DNA from: Fonticula alba ATCC 38817
Lineage: Eukaryota; Protista; Nucleariida
Assembly: GCA_000388065.2 (NCBI GenBank)
Contig: KB932202.1
DNA length: 26,866 nt
Strand: one strand, 5' to 3'
Below are positions 1 through 12,200 of this stretch, piece by piece (positions within the stretch are counted from its first letter, which is position 1; each line of letters starts with the position of its first letter). A model generated the notes under the pieces. It saw only the letters and a list, made by a program, of their open reading frames with translations. It was not told the DNA's origin and searched no databases. A program made the position numbers and the translations under genes.

Positions 1-314
1 CCCAGGCACATGAACAGGGACCGGGCCCGGCAGGCGGCCCCGGTGGAGTCTAGCTGCGCGGGGGCGGAGCCGCGGCGTTCCAGACAGTTCGGCGCGCCGT
101 TTCTTCTCGATACTTCGGCCCCCCGCTCCCTCTCCCCTCTGGGCATTCCGCCCCCCCCCCCCCGCGCCCGGTGCGCCCGGCCCGGGGCCCCGGTGTTGTC
201 CCAGTCCCGGCCGGCGGATTATCCTCAACCCTACGCGCGGGGCGCTTGGCGAGCGTGAGCGCGCGCGTCGCGCCCCGCGGCGACTTGGAGGTGGCCTCGC
301 CATCTCCCTCGCCC

Positions 315-354
<40 letters not shown>

Positions 355-1467
355 CCTCGCGCGGCCTATCAGCCTCTGGCATGCCGGTCGCGCTCCGCGG
401 CCTCTGCCGGCCGGTCGCCCGGGCCCGAGTGATGTCTTTTCCCGGCTCCCAGCCAGTGATCCCCGCCGCACACGCATGCCACAGTCGCCCCCCCCCCCCT
501 TCCACGGCCGAGGGTGGGGGGGGGGGGGGATGCTGCGGCGCCCTGCTGGCGCCCCCGCTCCGGGCATCGTGGCCGGCAGCCGCATTCCACAGTGGAGCGG
601 GGGCCTCCGGCCTGTGGGACCATCGCCGGCGGCCGGGGCCACGGGCGAGACAGCGTGCCTGCCCATGCATCCTCCCCCCCGGGCCCCGGGCGCACACATC
701 CAAACGCATGTGTGTGTGTGTGTGTGCGGCGCGTTGGGTGCGTGCATCCGCCGGCCGCGTCGGCGCCTTGGGGCGTGCGCATTCGCCAGTGCCGGGGGGA
801 GCTAGAGAGAAGGAGGCCGGCGGCGGTCCGGGCCGGTGTGCGGTGGGTGCTCCAGCCGCCGGGTGCACGGCCAAAAATAGGGTTTCCCCTGCCGGCAGCA
901 CCCGCCGCGGCGCCGCGACCGACACACACACACACGCATACACATCATGCACGGCGCACTTGCGCCCATGCACACGCGTCAGCCCAGGTTCCTCCCCCTC
1001 GTTGCCTCGCCCTGTGTGTCGCTGTGTGTGCCTGTGTGCGCCCCGCCCTCTCTGGACGGGGGCGCCCTGCGCCATCGCACCGGCACGCTGGCAGCCTCCC
1101 GCCCCGGAGGCAGGACTCGCACGGGGGCGGGCGGGGCCCCCGATCTCGAGCCGGCCGTGTTGTACTTGTTACGACCGCCCTCCCTCCCGGCGCCGCTGCT
1201 TGTCCCGGTCGTCGGCTTGGGTGTCGCGCTGGCCGCCCTCTGATGAGCCAGGGCAGCGAAGCCCCCGGGGCGTCTGGTGCCCCGGGTCCCGGCACAGACA
1301 CCACACATCGGATCGATTGTGGCCACCTTCTCCCCCTTCCCCCCTCTTCCCCCCCCCCTCAACGTATGCCCGCTTGAATTGCCCCATCCTCCCCCCCACC
1401 TCGCCGCCCTCTTCGCCCCCCTCCTTACACCCACTGCCTCCCCCTTCTCCGGCCCCCCTCTCCCTAC

Positions 1468-1481
1468 ATATATATATATAT
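1468..1481. repeat. (AT)7 tract 74 nt upstream of the CCT7 ATG; possible core-promoter element
   Basis: ATATATATATATAT embedded in C/T-rich sequence. It is the longest purely alternating AT tract I saw in the window. Confidence 0.6.
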
Positions 1482-1554
1482 CTCCCTCTCCCCCGCCCTC
1501 TTTCCCTCTTCCCCGTCGTCTCCTTCCGGCCCTGCTCGCGACGCAGCCGCCAAG

Positions 1555-3594
1555 ATGCTGCCCATGCAGCCGCAGATCATCCTCCTGAAGGAGGGCACCG
1601 ACCAGTCCCAGGGTCGCGGCCAGCTCATTTCCAACATCAACGCCTGCCAGGCCATCACCGACACCATTCGCACCACCCTCGGCCCGCGCGGCATGGACAA
1701 GCTCATGGTCGACTCTCGTGGTATGTGCTTCTCTCCCTGTACCTGCACCTGCACCTGCACCTGCACCTGCACCTGCACCTGCACCTGCCCTGCTCGCTGG
1801 GGGGGGGTCCCCAAGCGCCACGACTTACCCGCCGCCTGCTTTGCCCCGCCCCTCCCCCTCTCACCACCCGGCATCCTCCCCCCTCCTCCCCCCTCCCCCT
1901 CCTCCGCGTGTTGCACGCGTCATGGCACAGGCACCGTCACCATCACCAACGATGGTGCCACCATCATGGGCCTCCTGGACATTGTTCACCCCGCCGCCCG
2001 CACCCTGGTCGACATCGCCCGGTCCCAGGATGCCGAGGTCGGTGACGGCACCACCTCCGTGGTCCTGGTGGCTGGCGAGCTCCTCCGCGAGGCCAAGCCC
2101 TACGTCGAGGAGAATGTCCCCGCCCAGACCATCATCCGCGGTGCGCACCCCCCTTTTTGTGGGCGGTGGGGCTTCCCTTCTTCTTTTCTTTTCCCCNNNN
2201 NNNNNNNNNNNNNNNNNNNNNNNNNNNNNNNNNNNNNNNNNNNNNNNNNNNNNNNNNNNNNNNNNNNNNNNNNNNNNNNNNNNNNNNNNNNNNNNNNNNN
2301 NNNNNNNNNNNNNNNNNNNNNNNNNNCCCCCCCCCCCCCCCGCTGCCTTGCGCGCTCGCTGCAGGGACTTCTTCAAGAAGATGGTCGTCGACGCCATCCT
2401 CATGCTGGACTCGGACCTGGACAACTCCATGATCGGCATGAAGCGCATCCCCGGCGGGTCGCTGCAGGACACCCAGCTGATCGCCGGTGTGGCCTTCAAG
2501 AAGGCCTTCTCCTATGCCGGCTTCGAGCAGCAGCCCAAGCGCTTCGAGAACCCCAAGATCCTGTGCCTGAACGTGGAGCTGGAGCTCAAGGCCGAGCGCG
2601 ACAATGCCGACATCCGCATCGACAAGGTGGAGGAGTACCAGAAGATCGTCGACGCCGAGTGGAAGATCATCTACGACAAGCTGGAGAAGATCGTCGAGTC
2701 CGGCGCCCAGGTGGTCCTGTCCAAGCTGCCGATCGGTGACCTGGCCACGCAGTTCTTCGCCGACCGCAACATCTTCTGCGCCGGGCGCATCCCGGAGGAG
2801 GACCTCCAGCGCACCATCTCCGCGGTTGGCGGTGCCCTGCAGTCCTCGGTCAGCGACCTCAAGCCGGAGTTCCTCGGCACCTGTGCCCTGTTCGAGGAGA
2901 GCCAGGTCGGTGGCGAGCGCTACAACATCTTCACCGGCTGCCCCAAGGCCAAGTCCTGCACCTTCCTGCTGCGCGGTGGTGCCGACCAGTTCATCGAGGA
3001 GGTCCAGCGCTCGCTGCACGACTCGCTCATGATCGTCAAGCGCACCCTCCAGAACCAGGAGCTTGTGGCCGGTGGCGGTGCCACCGAGATGACCGTCTCC
3101 CGGTGCGTGTCCTCGCTCGCTGCCCCGTCCCCTGTGGCCGCGCCTCCTTTTTTTTCTCTCTCTCTCTCTCTGCCCGACTGACCGTTATCCCCNNNNNNNN
3201 NNCCCCCCCCCCCCCCCCCGCCGGCGCCTCCAGCTTCCTTCGCGACCACTCGCGCTCCATCGCCGGCAAGCAGCAGCTCCTGATCGCCGCTTACGCCCGC
3301 GCCCTGGAGATCATCCCCCGCCAGCTGTGCGACAATGCCGGCTTCGACTCGACCGACGTCCTGAACCAGCTGCGCCAGCTCCACGGCCAGAAGGACTGCT
3401 GGTTCGGTGTGGACATCAACAACGAGGGTGTCGCCGACATGTTCGAGAGCTTCGTCTGGGAGCCGTCCCTGGTCAAGATCAACTACCTGCGCGCCGCCAC
3501 CGAGGCTGCCTGCCTGGTCCTGTCCATTGACGAGACCATCCGCGCCCCGGGCGCCGGCAAGGGCGGCCCTGGCCCCATGGCTGGCATGATGTAA
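1555..3594 (+). CDS. CCT7: T-complex protein 1 subunit eta (group II chaperonin CCT7), spliced. Exons 1555-1720, 1931-2140, [one exon missing in gap 2197-2326], 2365-3102, 3234-3594
   Basis: Motifs [56 protein letters not shown] (eta-specific), [38 protein letters not shown]. Donors GTATGT (1721), GTGCGC (2141), GTGCGT (3103). CAG acceptors end at 1930, 2364 and 3233. Stop TAA at 3592-3594. Confidence 0.97.
1741..1788 (+). repeat. (ACCTGC)8 hexanucleotide microsatellite in CCT7 intron 1
   Basis: Eight perfect copies, starting 20 nt after the GTATGT donor. Confidence 0.95.
2197..2326. other. Assembly gap (130 N) hiding a CCT7 exon. Other gaps: 3193-3202, 9023-9258, 15320-15410, 16568-16602, 23284-23293
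   Basis: N runs. Several abut C or G homopolymers or microsatellites. Confidence 0.98.
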
Positions 3595-4400
3595 GGGGCA
3601 TTCCGTCCCTTGCGCGTGCGCTCTCTCGTCCTCGCTCTCGCTCTCTCCTCTCTTCCCGGTCGGGGGCCGCCCCCCCCCCCCCCTGGCTTGTGCAGGTGGT
3701 CTCCATGCACGCGCGCATCCTGCCGGGAGGGCGGATGTCCCTCTGCCTGGGCCTTCCTTCCCCCGACCGGCGGGCGGGCGAGAGCCACCGAGAGAGGACA
3801 GGGGGACGGCGGGGGACGGCGACAGGCCGTCGACTGTCCCCCTCCCCCCCCCCCCCCCCCCCCTTGCCCCGTGTGCCCCGCGCGGGCACACAGTCTCAGT
3901 GTCCGCGCGTGGGGTCGCCGCATGATCTCTCCCCCCTCCACCTTCCTTGTTCGTGCGTGGGCTGCAGCGTGTCTCTTGCCCCCTCCCCCCTCCCTTTGCA
4001 CTGTCTCCCGCGCCTTCTTCTCCCGCGGTGCCCTCCCCCTCTCTCCCCCCTCGCTCATCCCCTCTTTCCCCTGCTGCCCGCCCTTGTGAGAAACAAAAAA
4101 ATCCAAAACACCCGCAAATAGATTACCTTCTTTCTGGAAGCGAGAAAGGGCCGCCGCCCGACCTTGGAGAAAGGAGGGGTGTGCGTGCGTGCGTGCGCGC
4201 GCGCGCGCAAGAGAGAGAGAGAGAGAGGAACTACCGGGTGGGTGTTTTTTATTTCTTTCCCGGGCAGGGGGGTGCAGGGGGGCGTCACACAGGAGTGGGC
4301 CGGCCCCCCTCGGGCCCTCCCTTTCCCCGGCGTTCGTGATGGCGGAGGCAAGGGCGCCCTCCCCCCTGTGGAGGGCGTGGCCCAGTCGCCGGGCCCTCCC

Positions 4401-7400
4401 TCACTGGAAGTTCTTCTCGTTGGAGAGTACCAGCTTGGCGGTGTTGCGGCCCGGGGCGCCCATGACACCGCCACCTGGCCGGTTGGGTCGATTGTGAGTG
4501 ATGGAGAGGTGAGCTGGCACGAGCAGGGGGAGAGGGGGCAAAAGGCGCGCCCCCCTGCCGCATGGATGCAGGGAGGGGCGGAGGGGGGGGGGGGGGGGGG
4601 TGAAGGAAGCGAGGACGCCCCGCCCCCTGAGGCCAAACGCACCAGGGTGGACGCCGGACCCGCAAATGAACAGTCGCTCGATCGGGGTGGCGTGGCCCGG
4701 GTTCTTGACCGTCGGCCGGGTGAGGAACAGCTGGTCGGGCGTGACCGACCCGTGGAAGATGTTCTTTGTGCCGGGGAGAGCCGCACAGGCATATGGGCAT
4801 GCGCAGGGGTGTGAGCGAAATCACAGGCAGGAGGGGGGGAGGCAGCACAAAAAGGGGCCAGGCACGCACGCCGCCCGTGAGACCGAACTGCTGCTCCAGG
4901 TCCACCGGCGAGAGGACATCCTCGAAGAGCACCGACGAGCGGAAGCCCGGGGCGTACTCCTCGATCAGGCGGTACACTGTACAGGGGGGGGGGGGAGGGC
5001 GGACGGCCCCGCGACCGGATCGTGGGATTAGTGCCTGGGCTGGGGGAGGGGCCGAAAAAGGAGGAGGAGCAGGAAAAGGGGAAAAAAAAAAACAAACAAC
5101 AACACCAAGCAGGGCCCCATGGACACACCGTCCTGGGCAATGGCGCGCTTGAAGTCGGCGTTGCTCCAGTGCCGCGGGCTGCGGACACCATCCGGCCCCA
5201 GGACGCTGTACGGGGCATACTGCACGAAGAGGTTGGCCACATGCTTGCCCGGCGGCGCGAGCGTCGGGTCCAGCACCGAGGGGATGGTCAGCTCGATGAG
5301 CGGGCGCTGGGACATGCGCCCGGCCACGGCGTCCTGGAAGGCTGCGACGTGCACAGGCGCGGCGTCAGCGAGGGGAGAAACAGGTGCAAGAGGTGGCGAA
5401 TGGGGGGGGCACAAATGGAAGGGACGGCGAGGCAAGCCATGGGGGCTGGGCGGCCGCACCGGACTCAAGGTCGGCCATCTGGTGGCCGATGTGGATGGTG
5501 GTCTGATGGTAGGGCTGGGCCTTGGGATCGGTGTACTTGACGCCCAGGGAGTTGTAGGGCCCGGCCCGGTCGGCCTTATCGATGCAGGAGAAGTCCGGCA
5601 GCCGGTCCAGCGCCAGGTTGATCTTCATCGTGGCCGACGAGTAGTCGATCGCGCGGTAGCCCTGGATGCTGGCCGGATCCAGGTGCGCCTGTGGCCCCGG
5701 ACGGCCGGCGAGGCGGCCAGGAGTGCATGGACGGTGGCCGGAGGAAGGATAGGGGGGACGGGGGGGGGGGAGGGGGGTGAGATCCGGAAGGGGCCTCTCG
5801 GGCGTCCTCTGCTGGTGCGAAGGAGGGGCCCCCGGGCCCGGGCGAGCAGCGTACCTGGTCGACCAGGTGCTCCATGGTCGTGCGCGGGGTGGCATTCGAC
5901 AGGATCACCTTGGAGGTGATGACCTCGCCGGAGGCCAGCTGCACACCCTTGGCCACGGGCGCCGGGGCGGCGGCGCCGGAGCCGGGCGCGTCCGGCCGCT
6001 CGGAAACAATGCGCTCGACGGTCTGGGGGCAGCCCGCCGGTGTACCACCGGCGTGTCGGTGCGTCGGTCAGCAGGCCGCACAGTGGAGGGGGGTGTCTGG
6101 CCAAGGGATGCCACCACCCGGCGGAGGGGGGAAGCAAGGGCGGAAAAAAAAAAGAAGAAGGAAGGGCGCCACCCAGCCAGCGGGGCCGGGCCAAATCACC
6201 ACCGGGGGAGGGCGCCGGAAGGGGCGGGAGCCCGACGAGGGGCAGGGCGACGCACCACGTCCGAGCAGATCTCCGCCCCGTGCGCCAGGGCGCTGCGGGC
6301 CAGGGCGGCCGACACGGCCCCCATGCCGCCGACGGCATACGCCCAGGACCCGACCCCGAGCCCCTCGTCGGCCGGCATGTTGGCGAATGGGGCCCCCGTC
6401 GGCCCGGGGACCGGGTGGGCCCCGGTGATGATCGAGGCCAGGTCCTGCTCCGGGGGGGCCCGCAGGCCGAGGCCGGCCAGGCCGCCGCCCATCACATGGT
6501 GCAGCAGGACATACGCCGTGCCGAGGGACGAGGGCGAGGCGAAGGCGCCGATCACGGCATCCGTGGCGAGGGTGGTTTTGAGGATCTGACAGTGCGGGGG
6601 GGGGGGGGGGGGGGGGGGGTGGGCGCGGGGCGGGCGGGGGGGGGGGGGCCGGGAGAGGCGGCACTCCCCCGAGAAGACGCCCCGGGGGGGGGGGGGGGGG
6701 GGGAGGCCAGGGGGCGGTCAGTGCCGGAGCCACACCCACACGGGGCAGGGTGGCCGGCGGGGCTGGTGGAGGGGAGCGCACATCCGACTCGAAGTACTGG
6801 TCCAGGATCTGGTGGGAAGGGGGCACCGGGGGCGGCAGCGCCGGGCGTCAGACGGACAGGAGGGCCAAGCGAGCGGGGGGGGGGGGGGGGGGGGCAGGGG
6901 CAACACCGGCCGGCCGGGGCGCACCTTGGTCGAGGGAGCCATGAGCAGCTCGTACAGCTCGCCGACCTGCTCGCGCAGGGGGATCGGCGAGGCCTGGAGC
7001 AGGTGGCCGATGTCCCGGCCAGCCTGGAAGAGCTCCATCGGCGTGGGGAAGGACCCCTTCACCGGGGGGCGCATATCCATCAGGGTGTTGAGGATGGACA
7101 CTGTGCGCCAGGGGCGTGGCGAGGTCAGGATGGGCCGGGGCCGGGGCCGGGGCAGGCGGGCACCGGGGGTCCAGCAAAGGCGAGGCCGGGCCCGGGAGGG
7201 AGGGCGCACCATTTCGGCCAAGCATGGCCTCGTACTGCGGATAGCGCTCGGCGTCGCGCGGCGAGAACTGGGCAATGGCGCGCCGGTTCTCCGCCATATC
7301 CTGGCCCATCAGCAGGTACCGGCCCTTGTCCAGGGTCGGCGTGAAGGAGGACGGGTCGCGCGGCAGGAGACGCAGCCCGTGCGCCTGTGCCCGGCCGATG

Positions 7401-7953
7401 GCACACCGGGCGTGCGGGCCCGCACGCCCATGCATCCGGGGTCAGTACGGCCAGCCGGGCCGGCGAAGAGCGAGGGCAGGCAGGCAGGCAGGCAGGTGGA
7501 GGGGGAGAGATCCATGTGCGCCGGGAGGCGCCGCACGTACCGGAAGGTCGAGATCGCGCACGATGTCCGGCCGCAGGAGGCTGGCCAGGTAGCTGGCCCG
7601 GGAGAAGGTGAACCCATCAAAGAGGCTGTCATCGCTGCAGGCGGCGCCGCCGATGGCCGGGTTCTTCTCCAGCACCAGGACCTTCTTCTTGGCCCGAGCC
7701 AGGTAGGCGGCCTGCCGAGGGGGGGGGGGGGGGGACGGGGCGGGGCGCAGGGGCGTCAGAACGGGGCGAGCGGCCCCCGGGACCGGCCCGGAGAAGGGCG
7801 GCCAGGAGGGATGCGGGGGATGGGCGACCATGCGCCGAGTCGCACCGCAACCAGGCCGTTGTGGCCGCCGCCAACGATGATGGCGTCGTACGCCTTGGCC
7901 GCGGGCCGCGCCGAGGAGAAGGACCGGAGGAAGCTGCCGACACCCTGGGACAT
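4401..7953 (-). CDS. PYROXD2: PYROXD2-like FAD-dependent oxidoreductase (phytoene desaturase / carotenoid oxidoreductase family), 632 aa, probably mitochondrial. Exons 7953-7846, 7711-7541, 7384-7210, 7100-6925, 6808-6782, 6585-6256, 6022-5855, 5688-5460, 5341-5129, 4976-4870, 4763-4643, 4474-4401
   Basis: Rossmann motif [20 protein letters not shown], then [108 protein letters not shown]. All 11 introns are GT-AG and the exon phases add up to 1899 nt (633 codons, TGA at 4403-4401). The N-terminus [16 protein letters not shown] resembles a short presequence. Confidence 0.92.
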
Positions 7954-8268
7954 GTTCACAAGAGGCGGGCCGAGCGAGAGGGAGGGGGGGAGAGAAAAAG
8001 CGGGGACGGGGCCGAGGCGTAAGGAAAGGGCGTGCGCTGTGGGAGCGGCAAGGGGGGGTGGGGGGGTGGCCCTGCCCGGCGGGATGCCTCGCGCAGGGTC
8101 CCGAAAGGGTTCCTCGCCCCTGGCACCGGGGGGGAGGAGGAACAGCGTGTGCCCGCCAGCAGGAGCCGAGATCCCTGCCCGTCCGGATGTGAGTTGGCCG
8201 CGCAGGCGCCCGGCGCGGTCGGCAACCATCGAGAGGCGTACCTGCGCGTGGCTGAGGTGGTGGCTGGC

Positions 8269-8340
<72 letters not shown>

Positions 8341-9022
8341 GGCCGCGTGAAAAATACCAATCGGTCGCGGCCGTATGGCGGCCGGGCACACGCGAGGTCC
8401 GGCATCTGACGCGGCTGCCGGCTCTCGCGCGGCCGGCCGCAAGGTGTATGCGCGCGCGCGCAGACAGTCGGCAGTTCTTGCGGGTGCGCGCTGGGCCAGG
8501 CGGCCCCATCGATATGGGGGGCCCGGTGTGTTGTTTTCTTTTCGGCCCTTCGGAGGCTTTCTGGCCCGGCGGCGCCGGGCCTCTACGCGCCGACCCGGGG
8601 CGGCGGGGCAAGGGCGCCGGGGACCGGTGTGCGCACCGATGCCCCCACTCTCTGGCCCCGGCCGGCTCCCGGGTCATCGCCCCAAGTGAAGCACGTTTGT
8701 GTTGGAGGGGGGCTCGGCCGTTGCCTGCCACCATCGCACGCGCCGATCGCCCAGCATGCGGGTCTGGCCCCTCGCCCGCTGGGAGGGGCCTGATCCGGCG
8801 CGGACATCACGCGTCGGCGCGTGATGACACCCGCCGATCGACCGCGCTCCACTCTCCCTCGCCCTCTGGCTGGCTGGCTGGCTGGCTCTACAGGGAGGGG
8901 GGGGGCCGTTCCCATTGAGAGGCTGCCAGCCCGGGGGCGGGCGGGCGCGGCGGCGTCCGACGAGCCAGGCACCCCCCCCCCCCGTGTTCCCGCCCTGCAG
9001 ATAGCATCGCTCCTTGCCTCTC
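7954..9022. promoter_or_regulatory. Divergent intergenic/UTR region between PYROXD2-like (-) and MED1-like (+)
   Basis: Head-to-head gene orientation. Contains a 68-nt G run, a short TGGC repeat near 8867-8884 and a CCAAT near 8356. No specific element is proven. Confidence 0.45.
8271..8338. repeat. Poly-G homopolymer, 68 nt (poly-C on the PYROXD2 sense strand)
   Basis: Directly visible uninterrupted G run. Confidence 0.95.
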
Positions 9023-9258
9023 NNNNNNNNNNNNNNNNNNNNNNNNNNNNNNNNNNNNNNNNNNNNNNNNNNNNNNNNNNNNNNNNNNNNNNNNNNNNNN
9101 NNNNNNNNNNNNNNNNNNNNNNNNNNNNNNNNNNNNNNNNNNNNNNNNNNNNNNNNNNNNNNNNNNNNNNNNNNNNNNNNNNNNNNNNNNNNNNNNNNNN
9201 NNNNNNNNNNNNNNNNNNNNNNNNNNNNNNNNNNNNNNNNNNNNNNNNNNNNNNNNNN

Positions 9259-12200
9259 CCCTCTTCCCCGACGACACCCCGCTGCTGGCGCTGCTGTCCT
9301 CGTCCAATGTGCCGGATGACCTGCCCCCCGACGAGGCGGACCCCTCGCAGCCGGACCCCAAATGCGCGGACTCCCTCCTGGCCGGGATCCGCGCCACGCT
9401 GGCCGAGTCGTTCGGGCAGCTGGCCGGCCCGGCCCCGACCGGCCCCGGGGGTCGCCTGGCAGGCGGCAAGCGCCCGCACCCTGGCGATGGGCCCTGCTCG
9501 GCGTCGAAGCGGCGCGGCCGGTCGGCGGCGGTGACGGCGACGGCGCCGGCCGACGCGCCTGGCGCCGCCTGCGGCGCCGCCGCCCCCGGGTCCGACGTCC
9601 TTCGACTGCACTCGCTGGGCACGGTGAATGTGGCCCCGGAGCGGCGGTCCGTGCTGGAGGCATGCGCCACCATCCGGGGCATCCTCCGCCAGTACCGGGA
9701 CTCGGTCATCCGCCAGGCCGAGCAGGATGCCCCGGCCGGGCCCGCGGCCAGTGGCCGCCTGATCCAGCAGTTCCAGGCCTTCTCCAGCCTGCAAGGGCAG
9801 CTTTTCTCCACGCGGGCCTGCCTCAGCGAGTGCCGAGCCCTCTTCCAGGCGCGCATCGACGCCAATCACGCGCGCCCGGAGCTGTCCACCTCGCTGGCCT
9901 CGACCGAGGCGGTGCGGCCACTGGCCCAGCCCAGCTGGCTGGCCCGCGAGCGCCAGCTCATCCGCCTGGCCCGGCAATTCAAGTACGCCCTCCGACGATC
10001 CTCCTGCCCGGGTCCACTTGCCTCGGCCGGCTTCCTGTCTGTCGCCCCCCCCCCTCCCTCCCGGCCGAGCCGGCTGCTAATCAGTCGCACATGTGCACCC
10101 GCCCCCTGTCCTCCGGCTCCCTGCCCAGGCTCGACACCGATGGGTCCTTCTATGGCGGCGATGGTGGCAACCTCACGGTTTTCAGCGCCAACTGGGTGCT
10201 AGATGTACGTGCCTTTCCCGGGGCCGACCGGCAGACCGGAGCGAGGTGGGGGGGGGGGGGGTCTCGTCCGCCGCCGTCTGACCCAAATGCCACGCGCCCA
10301 ATCCCCCGGCCCATGGCCCCGGCAGTTCACGCTCCCCGGCCCGACGGTCACCTTCACCATCGGCACGGACCCCTCGCCGCCGGAGTGGCGCGTCCGCGCC
10401 AACCGCCTGATCGAGTCCGCCTTCTCGTTCAATGTCGCGTGCGTCCGCACCTACTCGCCGTCTCTTTCGGCCGGTGCCATGGCATGCGCTGTGCCTCGGC
10501 GAGGGCCCTGCCGCGAGCTAACCCGCCCCCGCCCCCCTTCGCCCGTGCGTCTGCACGCGCAGGAATGGCCGGTTTGACGCGATCGAGGCCAGCTTCCGCA
10601 AGCTGGTCCTGTCGGACGCCTTCCTGCCAGACCCATGCGCATCCTTCGCCCCGGGGCCCGGGGCCCCGGCGCGCGATCTCTGCGACATCACCGCCCTGCG
10701 CGTGTCCCTCGAAGCGGAGCTGGACCTCCTGGCTGCCAAGACCCGCGAGTGCGCCCGTGATCCCCCTGCGCACCTGCGCGCCATCCTTCGCTCGCCCCCG
10801 CCCCCGCCCTCGCCCCCGCTCGCAACGTGGCCATGGCCTCCCCGGCCCACATGCTGACACCCTGATCTTTGCCTGGCGCAGCATGCCCAGCCCGGGGGAC
10901 CGGCGGTGGGCTCTGTTTGTCGGGGCCCCGGCCGACCAGGCGGCCAACCAGTCGCTGGTGGGCCTCCGCCAGCCGGACCCCTCGAGCTTCGAGGCGCGAT
11001 ATGTCTTCCTCTCGGCGCCGGCCCTGCCGGGCGAGCGGATCGCCGGCGAGCAGGCCGAGTTCGCCTTCACCGCCAGTGTCGAGGAGACCGGGGCCTGCCT
11101 GCCGAGCGTCTTCCGCCTGCAGCCGGACGGCACGACGTCGGCCCTGGCCGAGACGGCCGCCCCACGCGGGACGCTCTTCGAGTCGGTGGACCCGCCGTTT
11201 AGGTGCCTTTGCGCGTGGGGCCGTGCTGTTGGGGGGCTTCCCCCGCCCCCCTTCTCTCCCTCTTTTCCCCTTCCCGCCCCGCTCTAACCTGCCCCGCTGC
11301 TCTTTCTTTTTTCGGTCCCCCCCGGCCACAGTGCCGACGATCTGGCCGCCCAGGAGGTCGCCCTCGTCCGGGTGGACGTCCCCCCGGCCAATGCATGCCC
11401 GCTGCTGTGGCCCTATGCCAGCGGCGGCCCCGGGCGGCCAGTCCGAGAGCTGCGCATGGTGTATCCGCCGCCGGGGTCGGCAACGCCGGCCGGCGGCCCG
11501 GCCGCCTCCGCCGGGCCGGTGCTGCTGCTGGCGCCCGCGGTGCCGGTCGTCCCGCGCTTGGCCCGTGGCCTGAGCCGCCTGGCCGACCCGCTGCACCTGA
11601 CCCCGGAGCAGCCGGAGGGGCTGGTCAGCACCGGCACCGGGCCCGGCAACTTTGCCCTCACCCTGCCGGCGGTGGGGTCGCTGCTAGCGCGCGATGCCTG
11701 CCGGTCTGGCGGTCCCCCGGCCTCGGGCCCTGGCGAGGCGCCGCATGCCGAGCTGCTGGGCATCCTGCGGGCCCTGCTTGGCCGGCGGTCCCTCCGGGCC
11801 CTGCGCAAGGCCGGGCAGGGGGGCCTGGTGCCCGCGTCGACGCCGGCCGCCGCCGGGCAGCCGGGCCCCGGGGCCGGCCAGCCGGGCGCCACGCCGGCCA
11901 GCTCGGGTGTGCCCCTCGTCTGGTGGGCCCTGAAGGGGGTGCGCGGGATGTTGGTGTTCTTTTTTCTTTTCCCTTTTTTTTTGCCTTCCCCCGGTTTTCC
12001 CCCGGCCCGGGCTATTTTTTTGTGCCGGCATTCCCCAGGCTGACAAGCTGCGCCCCTTCTCGTCCCGCTTCTGTCCCGCTCTTGCCCCTTCTCGTCCCGC
12101 TTCTGTCCCGCTCTTGCCCCTTCTCGCCCCTTCTCGCCCCGCTCCTGCCCCTTCTCGCCCCGCTCCTGCCCCTTCTCGCCTCGCTTCTGTCCCTTCTCGC

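Noticed and set aside
227-885. Telomere/telobox-like words AACCCTA (227-233) and TAGGGTTT (878-885) upstream of CCT7
   Set aside because: Two isolated 7-8-mers, not tandem. Teloboxes are established in plants, and there is no evidence for that role here.
1-1554. Long ORFs 171-2045 (+), 50-1075 (-) and 947-1243 (+, hydrophobic end)
   Set aside because: They run through microsatellites and homopolymers (SLSLSL, CVCVC, GGGG), show no family motif and no consistent splice structure. Stop-poor GC-rich DNA explains them. A gene end at the window edge cannot be excluded.
4401-7953. A carotenoid biosynthesis gene or cluster (phytoene desaturase, horizontally acquired)
   Set aside because: Motifs match the widespread eukaryotic PYROXD2 subfamily. 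The gene has 11 native-style introns and no neighbouring phytoene synthase or cyclase.
9261-11790. LxxLL motifs (LLALL near 9282; LRALL near 11765) in the MED1-like protein as nuclear-receptor boxes
   Set aside because: LxxLL is frequent in Leu-rich helices, and these are not in the C-terminal position of the metazoan NR boxes.
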